Of a stretch of 64,000 bases of DNA, positions 1-10,171 are shown piece by piece. The notes under the pieces are model-generated. The model did no database searches, had not been told where the DNA came from, and was given only the letters and a program-made list of their open reading frames with translations. The position numbers and the translations under genes were made by a program. The stretch is from positions 63,787 to 127,786 of the IMG/VR virus record IMGVR_UViG_3300032224_001676; one strand, given 5' to 3'. Position 1 is the stretch's first letter. Each line of letters starts with the position of its first letter. This stretch comes from a virus.

Positions 1-774
1 TACAATTGAAGCGTCTAAAAACATAGTTTCACCGTTTTTCATTTTCATTTTTGGTTGAGACATAATTGTCTCAGCTGGTGCAACCCAAATCTTGTTAATT
101 GCTACCATTGAATTAGTATAAGGTGATGTTTCTTTTCTTGATAATGGGAAACGTTGATTAATAAAATTACCAAACTGTTGTGACATTGCGCCTGCATTCC
201 ACATTGGGTTGTTTTTATTTGCTTCAACACTCATCTTACAAGGTATAGAACCAATTGAATCCCAGAAGAAACATAAATCATAAGGTAAATTACCTTTCTT
301 TTGTTCATCTAATAGATCAGCTATAAACCCTGCTACATCTTCAATCGTTCCTAATGAACTTCTATCAATGTATAAGAAAAATCCTTTATAGTCTATAACT
401 TCTCCAGTTGTTTCGTCAACTACATCTTCAACTTGAAAACCCATTTGTTTAGCGTGTTCCCAAGACCATTTCATCTCTGTAATGATAAAAACTGGCAAAA
501 TGCCCATTTTCTGGGCATTGATTGCTAGTTCTAGTAATGCAGTGGTTTTACCTGTATTACTGTGTCCTCTTAACAAAGTGATATGGCCTATAGGAGCTCC
601 AGGCACTGAGATTGATTCTTGTAGTGCTTTTGAAAACGGAATCCAAGTTTGTTCTTTAAACTTAACATTTGTGTTTAACAGCTTTTTCTCTTTGAATTTG
701 TCTAAGCTAAAATTAGCTTTCATTTCAGCGGAGACAGCAGCCGTCAACGATGTTGATTTTTTAGTTTTGGCCAT
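1..774 (-). CDS. RecA/UvsX-like recombinase (3' end runs off the window)
   Basis: Not in the ORF track; translated by hand from ATG at 774: MAKTKKSTSLTAAVSAEMKANFSLDKF...GHITLLRGHSNTGKTTALLE (Walker A)...LCFFWDSIGS (Walker B-like). Lies next to the SSB gene. Confidence 0.85.
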   Translation of the reverse strand, partial: MAKTKKSTSLTAAVSAEMKANFSLDKFKEKKLLNTNVKFKEQTWIPFSKALQESISVPGAPIGHITLLRGHSNTGKTTALLELAINAQKMGILPVFIITEMKWSWEHAKQMGFQVEDVVDETTGEVIDYKGFFLYIDRSSLGTIEDVAGFIADLLDEQKKGNLPYDLCFFWDSIGSIPCKMSVEANKNNPMWNAGAMSQQFGNFINQRFPLSRKETSPYTNSMVAINKIWVAPAETIMSQPKMKMKNGETMFLDASIV

Positions 775-788
775 AATTTATTTTTATT

Positions 789-1676
789 TTAGAATGGTGA
801 ACCTTCTCCTTCTTCTTCTTCGTCGTCAAATAAAGAGTCAAATTTATCAGCTTTACTCATAGGTTTAGCAGGAGTTTTAAGGCTGTAATTTGATTTTGGT
901 TCTGGTTTTGCTTTAGCTAGAATTGGATCTTCAGTTGGTGCTTCAGTTGGTGTTTCAACTGGTACGTCTTCTTCTTCCTCCTCCTCGTCAATATCATCTT
1001 CTGCTTCTTCAGGTGCTAACCAATTTTGTAGAATTTCTTTTAGAGCATCAAAATCCATTTTACGTTGTAACTCTAAAACACTTGGTTGTTCTGTTAGACA
1101 ATTTTTAACATAATCAGCGTCATCACTTAATTTTGATGTTTTAGGTTTAACACGAATTGATGATTTTAATCCTTGACGACCACCAATGTCACCTGTTACT
1201 ACATCAACTGTAAAGTCACGGCCCTCGTTAATGTCAGTGAAATCTCCATAATCCTCATCCTCTGCAATACCAAGTAATTGCATATAAATTTCTTTTCCAA
1301 ATTCCCAAAGGCGAACACCTTTCTCTTCTTCTCCTCTAACAACTACAGGAGCGAATACTCTCATTTTAGGATCTAATTTCTTAGCTAAGCTCCAATTTTC
1401 TTTGTCTTGTGTTCCACGAAGTTGTTTTGCGAATTCAACAATTGGGTCTTTTTCACCCCAGTTAGTTAAAGCATAGATTGGGAATTTTGAGAACCCGTAG
1501 TGAACGAACACTTCTTGAAATGGGTTACTTTTGTCTAAGATCGAAGGCACGATTCGGATTTGATATTTACCTTCTGATTTTGGTTTCCAAAGATGTTTGG
1601 AATAATCAACTTTTTCTTTCTTTTGCCCAGCTGATTGTAAGGCATTCAGTCTTTGTTTGATTGCTTTGATGTCCAT
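789..1676 (-). CDS. T4 gp32-like single-stranded DNA-binding protein
   Basis: WKPKSEGKYQIRIVP, DPIVEF, VRLWEFGKEIY, DFTDINEGRDFTV and a long acidic tail ending in PF; adjacent to the recombinase. Confidence 0.85.
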   Translation of the reverse strand: MDIKAIKQRLNALQSAGQKKEKVDYSKHLWKPKSEGKYQIRIVPSILDKSNPFQEVFVHYGFSKFPIYALTNWGEKDPIVEFAKQLRGTQDKENWSLAKKLDPKMRVFAPVVVRGEEEKGVRLWEFGKEIYMQLLGIAEDEDYGDFTDINEGRDFTVDVVTGDIGGRQGLKSSIRVKPKTSKLSDDADYVKNCLTEQPSVLELQRKMDFDALKEILQNWLAPEEAEDDIDEEEEEEDVPVETPTEAPTEDPILAKAKPEPKSNYSLKTPAKPMSKADKFDSLFDDEEEEGEGSPF

Positions 1677-1697
1677 AGCGTTTATTTATTTATTTAT

Positions 1698-1728
1698 TAA
1701 AGATACGAATTATATAAGAGAGGCCAAG
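1698..1728 (-). promoter_or_regulatory. Bacteroidota-like -33/-7 promoter (CTTG-N19-TATCTTTA) upstream of the SSB gene
   Basis: Plus strand taaagata at 1698-1705 and caag at 1725-1728; same architecture as six other sites in the window. Confidence 0.55.
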
Positions 1729-1784
1729 TTTAGCTATCGAAGCTTTTAAAATCCTCATAAGAAAATTCTTTTATGTAAGTACGC

Positions 1785-2249
1785 TTAAAGTTCTATTATG
1801 CTGTGTATTTTTGTGTTGAATTGTTTTATTTCATTGCTTTGTGTTAATAATATACAATTTTTATAATGGTGCCAATTTACTTTGTAAGATACATCTACAA
1901 CACCACCATTTAACTTTTTAATTAATTCGTTAAGAGCGTTTATTGTGTATAAAGTATTAGTTTCTTTTTTACGATGTACTAGAATAGTATTTAATGGAAT
2001 TTCGCTGATGTTAGATTCATCAACGTTATATGTTAAAACGTATTCATTTGTGCTTTTAATATATAGCACAAACAATTTGTTATACATAATTTTGTAAGAT
2101 GTGGTTATGTTTTGTACCAACCCATCAAGATCAACATCATCCGTAAAAGTACAAAACAACTTATTTGTCATATCTAGTGAAAAATCTATGAAATTACCAT
2201 TCATATCATAAATATTAGGGGATCTTTCAAAAGTTGTAATCATTTCCAT
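1785..2249 (-). CDS. Hypothetical phage protein (LVHRKKETNTLYTINALN)
   Basis: 154-aa ORF overlapping the end of the polymerase gene; true start may be a later Met. Confidence 0.7.
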   Translation of the reverse strand: MEMITTFERSPNIYDMNGNFIDFSLDMTNKLFCTFTDDVDLDGLVQNITTSYKIMYNKLFVLYIKSTNEYVLTYNVDESNISEIPLNTILVHRKKETNTLYTINALNELIKKLNGGVVDVSYKVNWHHYKNCILLTQSNEIKQFNTKIHSIIEL

Positions 2250-3483
2250 AACTTAATTTAACATTTAATTTTAATTTTTTGAATATAGATAATATTTCTT
2301 CCAACAACACATCTTCTTCATCTTTATCCATATCAAATAAAAACGAATCATAAGTATATAACACTATTTGACTTTTTTTACCAATTAATAACCTATGAAT
2401 TTTTAACAATATACCAACATTAGTTGATGTCTCCAAATTTTGAAGCATATAGTTAAATAATTTTTGAGGATTCATGTTAGGCAATTGATTATTAAAACAA
2501 TAACCTGAGATTGGTACAGTAACTTCGCCTAAGGTATTAAATATTTCCCAGTTATTATTTATAAACTCTGTTGTCTTTTGGAAGAATTCAAGATGTTTAT
2601 ACTCGTCAAATACACCTCCATATAACTGTTTAAACGTTAATTCTTTTGCTTTAGCATAATCTACCCCATACATTTCAGCAAAAGCAGCATGAATATCAGG
2701 TACATTAAAGTTGTAATTAACCAACTGTCCTGCAAGTGTTGGGTGATAAGCGGAGATATCGATTTCAATAAACTTATCATTTTTTGGTATAAAACTTTTA
2801 CGCGCCCCATTTTCTTTATTTAAAGCAGCGAAATTAACCCCATTAAAACGGTTTGAAGGTCTTCGTGTTGTAGTAAGTAGGTTATATTGGGTGTATACTG
2901 TGTTATCATGTATAGAATACTGGGGGTGTTTAAGGTCATAGAACGCATTGAATTCGTTAGGATTTATTTTTATACCGTTTTTTTCAATTCCAAAAAATGC
3001 TAATATTGTTTTATCTAAAAATTCATCTTTAGGTTGAATAGATATTTGTTTAAAATTTTCTTCATATGTTTCATAATGCTTGACTACAGGAATAATTCGG
3101 TTTATATCTTCTCTATCACCAAATTTATTATAGTAATACGAATGGATTTTAGAACTGCTTTGTAATTCAAATTCAATATTTAATTGAATACATTTTTTTA
3201 TTGGGAAATAATATAAAAACGATTTTTTATCTCTAACATAAATATTATCAAAAGATTGTAATATGGTATTTATATGTTTTTCATTTATAGAAAATGTTTC
3301 AGTATGGTTAACACATAACATATATCCTTTATTATCATCTAAAGATTTAATATATAATAAAGAAAGATGATTTATAGCAGGGTGAGTGTTGTTATTATAG
3401 GGAATAAGCTCTACAAATACATTTTTGTATTCTTTAGAGTAAAATTCCAATAACTGATCTTTATTTTCTATAAGCCAAAACAT
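2227..3483 (-). CDS. Compact family-A DNA polymerase-like protein
   Basis: TTRRPSN (TGRLSS-like), motif A EIDISAYHPT, motif B AKELTFKQLYG, motif C LYTYDSFLFD; only 418 aa. Confidence 0.75.
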   Translation of the reverse strand: MFWLIENKDQLLEFYSKEYKNVFVELIPYNNNTHPAINHLSLLYIKSLDDNKGYMLCVNHTETFSINEKHINTILQSFDNIYVRDKKSFLYYFPIKKCIQLNIEFELQSSSKIHSYYYNKFGDREDINRIIPVVKHYETYEENFKQISIQPKDEFLDKTILAFFGIEKNGIKINPNEFNAFYDLKHPQYSIHDNTVYTQYNLLTTTRRPSNRFNGVNFAALNKENGARKSFIPKNDKFIEIDISAYHPTLAGQLVNYNFNVPDIHAAFAEMYGVDYAKAKELTFKQLYGGVFDEYKHLEFFQKTTEFINNNWEIFNTLGEVTVPISGYCFNNQLPNMNPQKLFNYMLQNLETSTNVGILLKIHRLLIGKKSQIVLYTYDSFLFDMDKDEEDVLLEEILSIFKKLKLNVKLSYGNDYNF

Positions 3484-3498
3484 AACCTTTATTTATTG

Positions 3499-3529
3499 TA
3501 AATATAATAAAGATTATAATATAACCAAA
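3499..3529 (-). promoter_or_regulatory. Bacteroidota-like promoter TTTG-N19-TATATTTA upstream of the PolA-like gene
   Basis: Plus strand taaatata at 3499-3506 and caaa at 3526-3529. Confidence 0.5.
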
Positions 3530-4093
3530 TTATTTTTGAATTTGGGGTTTATAGTATTGAAGGTAATTTTCTTTTAAAAATATACCTAATCCTAAAACAT
3601 CATTAGTTTTTTCAACTAGTTTTGTTAATTCTAAATTAGACTTATATACTTCTTTTTCATTACCTGTTAATTTCCATTTTAAAGTTAAAGGTTGGTATAA
3701 ATAATTATGACGAGTTTGTTGTGGGCTAGAAGTTTGAGAAAATGATTGATATGTAGATTTATTTATTTCTTCAAATATTAATTGATTAACTCGTTTTGTA
3801 AAATATCTAGTGAAATATCCTCGTTTATAATCTTCATTAGTAGGAAAAATACCAAGAGCTGGGTTTTTAGCTAATTTTTCTTGTTTTATTCCGTTTCCGT
3901 CTGGGCCATAGTAGGGGAATATCCTGACACTGTTAGGGATGTCTCCACTAAATCGACCAGTGTATGCTTCTCCAGTATATAATTTATAATAATTCCCAGT
4001 GTAAAACCTGCCACTATCATTAGGACTTAAAGTATATTCATTTCCTGGAGTATGTAGGTTAGATTGGATTTTATTTTTAGGTATGTATGGCAT
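3530..4093 (-). CDS. Hypothetical protein, last gene of the baseplate cluster
   Basis: 187-aa Tyr-rich ORF starting 2 nt after the stop of the upstream gene. Confidence 0.65.
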   Translation of the reverse strand: MPYIPKNKIQSNLHTPGNEYTLSPNDSGRFYTGNYYKLYTGEAYTGRFSGDIPNSVRIFPYYGPDGNGIKQEKLAKNPALGIFPTNEDYKRGYFTRYFTKRVNQLIFEEINKSTYQSFSQTSSPQQTRHNYLYQPLTLKWKLTGNEKEVYKSNLELTKLVEKTNDVLGLGIFLKENYLQYYKPQIQK

Positions 4094-4095
4094 TA

Positions 4096-7000
4096 TTATA
4101 TAGTTATAGCAGTTAATGTCCCAGCTGTTACTTTTCTTTTAGCTGCGGCTTGGTTATTTCCTCCTTCTCCTCCACTACTCCAAGATATATGAAAATGAGG
4201 CCCTGTAGCTCCAGTTGATGGGAAATTATATTCGTTTAAGTATCTAAAATTATTATTTCCAGCTGTTAATGGATCTAGTACTTTACTTATAATGCTATCT
4301 ACATCAGCTTGAGTAAATTGGACTTGTTTGGTTTTACTTCCGTCCGCTGATGTCCATGTAAATCCGTTTCTTGGAGCAGATGGGTTTGTAACAGAGAAAT
4401 CAATAGCATTACCAGTTGAATGGTGAGGAGCGTTATGGAATGTATCATTCCCAGAATTAGATTCAATTTTAAATGTTGGGAAGTTAGTGTGTATAAGTTC
4501 AAATACTTTAGCTGCTGCTTTGTACATATTTTCAGTTATATCTGCTCTAGTATCATAATTTGCTCCAGATCCTCCTCCTGCTGCTGCTAAAGCAGTTCGA
4601 AGTTTAGTTGCCCAATATCCGGTTCCACCATTACCTCCGCCATTGCCACCACTGTTTCCTCCAGATGATAATTGTGTTGGTTTAGGTGGTTGTTTAACAG
4701 ATAAATTTTTATCTATAGGAGTACCAAGACTATTCAATGTAGTTGTCCAACCATTAATATCTATTTTATGAGATATACCTTTAACTAAAAATTGTAAATG
4801 TTTTCTATAATTTTCAGGTAGTAAAGTTTCATTAATAGTATATACTTCTAATAATCTAGGACCACTAATTCCATCCAAAGTTATTTGCATGTCTAAAGGT
4901 ATAAATCCTCTAGGGGGTATGTAATTTTTATTCACTAGATGACCTATATCATAACTATAAATGTCAGCAGTTGTATAAGATATAGCTGATATATCAGCAT
5001 CAGATACAACTCCATCATTTACTGATTTGTTAAATTTTCTTAATGCCGCTAAATTATTAATATATAAAGTTTCAACATCTGGGGCTGTGCTAGGTTTAGA
5101 ATTAAGATTTGTTTTGGTTGGTACTATTCTATCTTTTAAACCTGTATTCCATTTACTAAACGCCGTAGAGTCTTCTCCGACAACATTCCCATTAGCTTGA
5201 GCTCCTATACTAACCATAGTAGCAAAAGCATTTGAAAATTCAGTTTTAATAACTAAATCTTTAACAAAACTTCCATAATTACTATATAATAAATTAGGAT
5301 TTATTGGAGTTACAACTCCTGGGGTAACACCTGAAACTTTAAATAACTCAGGTATATTTGTGTTGTCTATAATTTTTAATAAATTTGTGTCTTCGTCATA
5401 TATTACCTCAAAATTATTAATATTCCCTAAAGCTGCTTGTACACCTTTCATTAAATTACTTAAAAACTCATATAATGATACAGCTCCTGTTTCAGCGTCT
5501 ATAAAATTTTCTAATACTCTAGCTATATAATCAATATTTAATAATATTCCCATAGTAAAACCAACATATGCACTTTTAGTAGATCTAAAACCATCTTTGT
5601 CAGTTTGGTCTAAATAATAATATATACCTGATGAGAGAGGAGGAACCCCACCACCTCCTAAAAAAGTAAAAGTTACTGTAGATACTGTTCGTTCACCCGC
5701 TACAGTATTATCTGAAGTAGTGTATGTGGCTCCATTTACTACACCATATATAGTTCCAAATACTCCGTTTATATAAGTATCTAAAACAGTAGGAAGACCC
5801 AGTATATCAAAAGTAGTTGTATTTACTACGTTAGCAAGAGGAGGTGTTTTATATGTTGTAGTAACGTGAGTTTCCCTATATTGAGGAGTAGAAGCAGCTG
5901 ATACTGTGTCTAGTGGTATTAGACAAACTGTAGGATCTGTGCTACATTGATTAGGTATAGTAAAACAATAATTATGATAAAAATCCCAATCAATTCCTAT
6001 TATTGGAGGATAACCTTCACCTTTATCTACTAATGGTATTGCATTTTTGTTGGTATCATAATATAATAAATAACTTTCTATTACTTTAAGTAGAGTACCA
6101 AGTTTTACATAGTACTGGGCTCCATACCAAGTACCTTGTTGTAGATTAGGGAATCCAGCCCCCAAACCTTCTAATATTGAATAAAATGGAAGACCAGTAT
6201 CTCTTTTAAAATTAGTTGAAAAACCAGTATTCGCTGATATTTGGTCAGTATTTGCTGGTCCATTTGGAGGAATCCCATCTATTATTTTAACGCTTCCTGC
6301 TCCTGATCCTCCTCCACTCCATAATTGATTAGAAAAGTAATTAAGTATAGTATTTAAGGTGGATTTATTTTGGTTTGTATAATATGTAGGATCATTTGAT
6401 CCTGAGGTTATAGCTGCTTGTACTTTAGGATAGTTGGTGTTGATTTTTAAAGATTCAATAACGTCCCCAGCAGATACTAAATTAAGAGTAATATCGTAAC
6501 CACCATCTTGCCTTAAGGTCCATGAGAAATTTTTTACAAATCCATAAAACCCATCATAATTTCCATCAGATTGTCTTCTTTGTTCTCGGATTTTAGTTAA
6601 TACAACATTTTCATTTAGATTAACTGATACTCCATTTAGTGTAGTTGAACCTGCTAAAAAATCATCTGATATGCTGTAACTTGTATTTTCAAGTAAATTA
6701 CCACTATTGTCAAAAAATATTGAATGACCCCACTCAAGTAACATGCTATATTTTAAACGCAAATATAAAGTTTCAATAACTTTAAATTGTTGTAAATTAT
6801 GACATATTATTTTAATGTCTGCAAATCGCAATGAACCTCGGTTAACAGATTTTATATCAGCTGATATTATACCTGGGGGTGGAACGTGTCCGTAATCAGA
6901 ATCAGATAAGAATCCATATGATGAATTATCATTATACCCAACTCCTTTAGTTATCGTTTTGCCACCGTTAAATTGAGCTCCAAATAATTGAAATTCTTTA

Positions 7001-7227
7001 GCTAGATTAGCCCCAGATCCATATGAGTATGAAGAATTAGAAAATACTTCAGCAAGTCTAGTTGCATCTACATCTATGCCAGATGTTAGCTTTAACCATG
7101 GGGTTTTAGAGTTCATGTATTTTAATACATCTTCACTTCTATTATTTGTCCCTAATTTTTCTTGACGAATTTGAATTTGACCTTGTACATACGGGTCAAA
7201 TGCTTGTCCTATTACTCCACTAGCCAT
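4096..7227 (-). CDS. Baseplate hub-like protein with a C-terminal M15/LAS-type zinc peptidase domain
   Basis: 1043 aa, positioned after the tape measure and LysM-like genes. Hub-like ITLDGISG...VKGISHKIDINGWTTTL, a Gly linker, then HHSTGNAIDF...GPHFHISW (H-x6-D...HxH). Confidence 0.65.
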   Translation of the reverse strand: MASGVIGQAFDPYVQGQIQIRQEKLGTNNRSEDVLKYMNSKTPWLKLTSGIDVDATRLAEVFSNSSYSYGSGANLAKEFQLFGAQFNGGKTITKGVGYNDNSSYGFLSDSDYGHVPPPGIISADIKSVNRGSLRFADIKIICHNLQQFKVIETLYLRLKYSMLLEWGHSIFFDNSGNLLENTSYSISDDFLAGSTTLNGVSVNLNENVVLTKIREQRRQSDGNYDGFYGFVKNFSWTLRQDGGYDITLNLVSAGDVIESLKINTNYPKVQAAITSGSNDPTYYTNQNKSTLNTILNYFSNQLWSGGGSGAGSVKIIDGIPPNGPANTDQISANTGFSTNFKRDTGLPFYSILEGLGAGFPNLQQGTWYGAQYYVKLGTLLKVIESYLLYYDTNKNAIPLVDKGEGYPPIIGIDWDFYHNYCFTIPNQCSTDPTVCLIPLDTVSAASTPQYRETHVTTTYKTPPLANVVNTTTFDILGLPTVLDTYINGVFGTIYGVVNGATYTTSDNTVAGERTVSTVTFTFLGGGGVPPLSSGIYYYLDQTDKDGFRSTKSAYVGFTMGILLNIDYIARVLENFIDAETGAVSLYEFLSNLMKGVQAALGNINNFEVIYDEDTNLLKIIDNTNIPELFKVSGVTPGVVTPINPNLLYSNYGSFVKDLVIKTEFSNAFATMVSIGAQANGNVVGEDSTAFSKWNTGLKDRIVPTKTNLNSKPSTAPDVETLYINNLAALRKFNKSVNDGVVSDADISAISYTTADIYSYDIGHLVNKNYIPPRGFIPLDMQITLDGISGPRLLEVYTINETLLPENYRKHLQFLVKGISHKIDINGWTTTLNSLGTPIDKNLSVKQPPKPTQLSSGGNSGGNGGGNGGTGYWATKLRTALAAAGGGSGANYDTRADITENMYKAAAKVFELIHTNFPTFKIESNSGNDTFHNAPHHSTGNAIDFSVTNPSAPRNGFTWTSADGSKTKQVQFTQADVDSIISKVLDPLTAGNNNFRYLNEYNFPSTGATGPHFHISWSSGGEGGNNQAAAKRKVTAGTLTAITI

Positions 7228-7233
7228 AACTTA

Positions 7234-7536
7234 TTAAATTTCATTTATAAAATTATACAAACGAACAACACCATTTGTATTAACAGGAATTCTTAATTGT
7301 GTTCCATCAGGTAAATATAATGAATCTTGAGGTAATTCATCATTTGCTGCTGAAATTATCCACCATAATGTAGCATCATTATAATACTGCTGTGCTAATA
7401 AATCTAATCTATCGCCAGATGTTGTGATTACATATATATCACTTAAACTCTTAGGGACAATAGGAAATTTTACATCTCTGTAATATTTAACTCCGTTTGA
7501 GTTATTTAAGGTAGCAACATTCTGGTTACGATTCAT
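7234..7536 (-). CDS. LysM-like baseplate protein (gp53/tail-X-like)
   Basis: GDRLDLLAQQYYNDATLWWIISAAN...GTQLRIP signature. Confidence 0.85.
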   Translation of the reverse strand: MNRNQNVATLNNSNGVKYYRDVKFPIVPKSLSDIYVITTSGDRLDLLAQQYYNDATLWWIISAANDELPQDSLYLPDGTQLRIPVNTNGVVRLYNFINEI

Positions 7537-7548
7537 ATTATTAATTTA

Positions 7549-9792
7549 TTAGAAACTTGGGATCCCATTTATAAGCTCAGGTCCATTAGTATATATAGAT
7601 TGAGGGGTAATAATATTAGGATCTTGGAACATTATTTCTCCAGGGTATTCATTTAAGAACGCTTCTGGGGTGTTTGGGTTTATAGGATCTAATGTAGTGT
7701 TAGGAAGTGCTACAACATTAGATGTGTTTTGGATAGATTGGTAGGAAGTTGTTTTTGATTTTTGGTCAAAAGCATCTCCTAAAATAGTAGTTGGATTGCT
7801 TCCTCCGTTATCAGTATAATCATTTCCTACAAGATTTCCATATGCGTCTTGTAATTCTCCTGTTAATAATTTACTATTACCTGGTGTTCCAACTCCTAAT
7901 ACACTTACTGTAGGTGTATTTCCATCTTCGTCTGGTATAATACGTTGGGTTGTATTCTTAGCCAAATTATTATGAATTCCTCTGATTCCTATATATGATT
8001 CCCCTAGTTTAGGTACATACTTGTGAACAGGAGTGAATGCTAAATTAATTTTAATAAGTTTAGGTAGTTGTCCTGTATAAAGAGCAGAATTTTTAAGGAT
8101 GTTAGTTCCATCTACGTTTCTATTAATATCCCACCCCGCTTCAAATACAGGTGTATATGTAAGTGTTTTAATTATGCCGGGTACCCCATTAAAATAATTT
8201 CCTAATGTCATTTTAACTAAGTTACCACGCATAAAACCAACGCTAGAATAATCAGGTGTAAGTAATGATCCTAAATAATTAAGTTTTCTAAAGTTATAAA
8301 GCATATCTGCTCTAGATAAAGCTACAACATTAAAGTTTATATTAAAATCTCTAGTATATCCTTTATATTTATAAAAATTTTCTCCTCTACCTACATATTT
8401 AAATGCTTCCCATTCACCATTGAAAGTATCTGTAAAGTCATCTATATAAGCTTTAAAATCTAATAAAACGTTACTTCCTCCATTTGATATAGAAGTAATA
8501 TTAAAATCAATTATGTCTTCTCCTAATACTCCTTTTTCAGTTTGGTCAGGAGAAATAGCTATATTAGGGTTAAGAACTCTAGCTCCATTTTTAAAATTTC
8601 CCTTATATGTTGTTATGCTAGTATCATAGGTTAATTCTCTATTAAATACTTTATATGAAGTAGAAGGAATACCATCACCTGTAGATGTAGCATTTATTTT
8701 ACCTCTAAAATCTGTGATCGCATTACTAGCTCCGTTTTTATGAGACACAGCGACCATACTTGTTGCTGAGCCTGAGGCTTGGACTTCACTTGGATTTAAT
8801 AATTGGGTATAATTAAATACGTAAACATTATTTTCTCCTTTGCTTGGTTTAGGTGGTAAAAAAGTATTAGTTTTTCCAAAACTAGGTTGGTTTAAATTAG
8901 CAACAGATGTAAGAGAATTTGATGTTATGTTTAATTTTTTAGTTTCATTGAAATATAAGAGACTAACCCCAGCTAACCCAGTATTTATAGTTCCAAGATT
9001 TAAATTATTATATACAGATGTACCTTTACTTATAATTATATTTCCATTAACTATAGCTGATTCTGTTTTAGATTTAGTATCAAAATTTCTTTGAGGTGTC
9101 CGAGCAGAATTAACTAAGCGTATTCTGGTTTTTCCAAACGGTACCCCTAAAGTACTAGGACCGCCAGCATATGATATTAATATCCCAGGTTGATTAGAGA
9201 TGTTAAATTCTACTTCAGATAATTCATTTCTATAATCAGTATTAATTTTAGAAGAATATAAACCTAATAGTCGATTTATATTTTGTTTATTAAGGTCACC
9301 AATAATATCATAATAACCACCTTTTCCACCTATATAATATGATCTTTCAAATGGGACTAAACCTTGTTTGTTTAAATGTCCACCAAATGCTGACACTCCA
9401 GTTTGGAGTATAGTACTAGTAGGACTATATATTCTTCTTTGGTATGTAGTTTTAGGATTTTGACGTTCTAGTAATAATTGTTTAGTAGTAAACAATAAAC
9501 CATTTGGTGATTTGGTATCAAATAAAAATTTAGAAATCCTACTAACGTCTTCTGCTGTATCTGCAGCTGTAAGAATGCCACCTCTAAGTAAAAAATCAGT
9601 GCTGTTTACTGTGTAATCATTAAGCCCAGGAATGTCTTTAACAATATAAGGTTGGTCACTCGACCCTCCTCCTTTTCTGTCATTCCCGTAATCTAATTTT
9701 TTAGCAGAGAAATTACCTAAACCCCCTAGTTGTCCTTTGGAGTTGTAATAGTAAAAGTTAGGTAGGTTAGTTACTAAATTTATTAATCCCAT
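7549..9792 (-). CDS. Baseplate / tail-tube initiator-like structural protein
   Basis: FKAYIDDFTDTFNGEWEAFKYVGRGENFYKYKGYTRDFNINF...LVKMTLGNYF; lies between the tape measure and LysM-like genes. Confidence 0.6.
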   Translation of the reverse strand: MGLINLVTNLPNFYYYNSKGQLGGLGNFSAKKLDYGNDRKGGGSSDQPYIVKDIPGLNDYTVNSTDFLLRGGILTAADTAEDVSRISKFLFDTKSPNGLLFTTKQLLLERQNPKTTYQRRIYSPTSTILQTGVSAFGGHLNKQGLVPFERSYYIGGKGGYYDIIGDLNKQNINRLLGLYSSKINTDYRNELSEVEFNISNQPGILISYAGGPSTLGVPFGKTRIRLVNSARTPQRNFDTKSKTESAIVNGNIIISKGTSVYNNLNLGTINTGLAGVSLLYFNETKKLNITSNSLTSVANLNQPSFGKTNTFLPPKPSKGENNVYVFNYTQLLNPSEVQASGSATSMVAVSHKNGASNAITDFRGKINATSTGDGIPSTSYKVFNRELTYDTSITTYKGNFKNGARVLNPNIAISPDQTEKGVLGEDIIDFNITSISNGGSNVLLDFKAYIDDFTDTFNGEWEAFKYVGRGENFYKYKGYTRDFNINFNVVALSRADMLYNFRKLNYLGSLLTPDYSSVGFMRGNLVKMTLGNYFNGVPGIIKTLTYTPVFEAGWDINRNVDGTNILKNSALYTGQLPKLIKINLAFTPVHKYVPKLGESYIGIRGIHNNLAKNTTQRIIPDEDGNTPTVSVLGVGTPGNSKLLTGELQDAYGNLVGNDYTDNGGSNPTTILGDAFDQKSKTTSYQSIQNTSNVVALPNTTLDPINPNTPEAFLNEYPGEIMFQDPNIITPQSIYTNGPELINGIPSF

Positions 9793-10142
9793 TATCCTGG
9801 TTGGTTATCTAAATATCTTGGAGGTGTTTGTCCTTCTAAGTCTAATATTGACCCAGGCAACGTCGTTGCTAAAAGCATACCAGTTTGTAATAATACTTGA
9901 TTTTGGTATGTTTGTGGTGTTTGACCATTATATCCATCTAATTGAGTTTGGGTCAATGATGTTGCTAATACAGTTGTATTAACGTTATATTGTGGTGGTG
10001 TAACCGCGTCTAAATCTAATTGAGACCCAGCTAGTGTAGCTGCGTTTAATACAGATACAGATTGGTTAAATCCTGGAGGTGTCTGGCCATCTTGTGCGGT
10101 GAGATTAGAGCCATTTTGCGCGAGTAAATCTAAAAGTCCCAT
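9792..10142 (-). CDS. Small virion protein with LD-x-x-G-x-TP-x-x-Y repeats
   Basis: Repeats AQDGQTPPGF, LDLDAVTPPQY, LDGYNGQTPQTY, LDLEGQTPPRY; preceded by the late-type motif. Confidence 0.6.
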   Translation of the reverse strand: MGLLDLLAQNGSNLTAQDGQTPPGFNQSVSVLNAATLAGSQLDLDAVTPPQYNVNTTVLATSLTQTQLDGYNGQTPQTYQNQVLLQTGMLLATTLPGSILDLEGQTPPRYLDNQPG

Positions 10143-10155
10143 ATGTGTGTTTTAT

Positions 10156-10163
10156 TATAAATA
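10156..10163 (-). promoter_or_regulatory. Late-type promoter motif (coding strand TATTTATA); one example of about 20 copies
   Basis: Plus-strand TATAAATA shortly upstream of minus-strand starts at 10156, 12636, 13707, 16405, 18908, 21503, 25399, 29537, 30849, 33203, 40447, 42394, 46707, 61714, 62939; variants at 14282, 16697, 36173, 44630, 45674, 63952. Confidence 0.7.
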
Positions 10164-10171
10164 TTAAAAAA

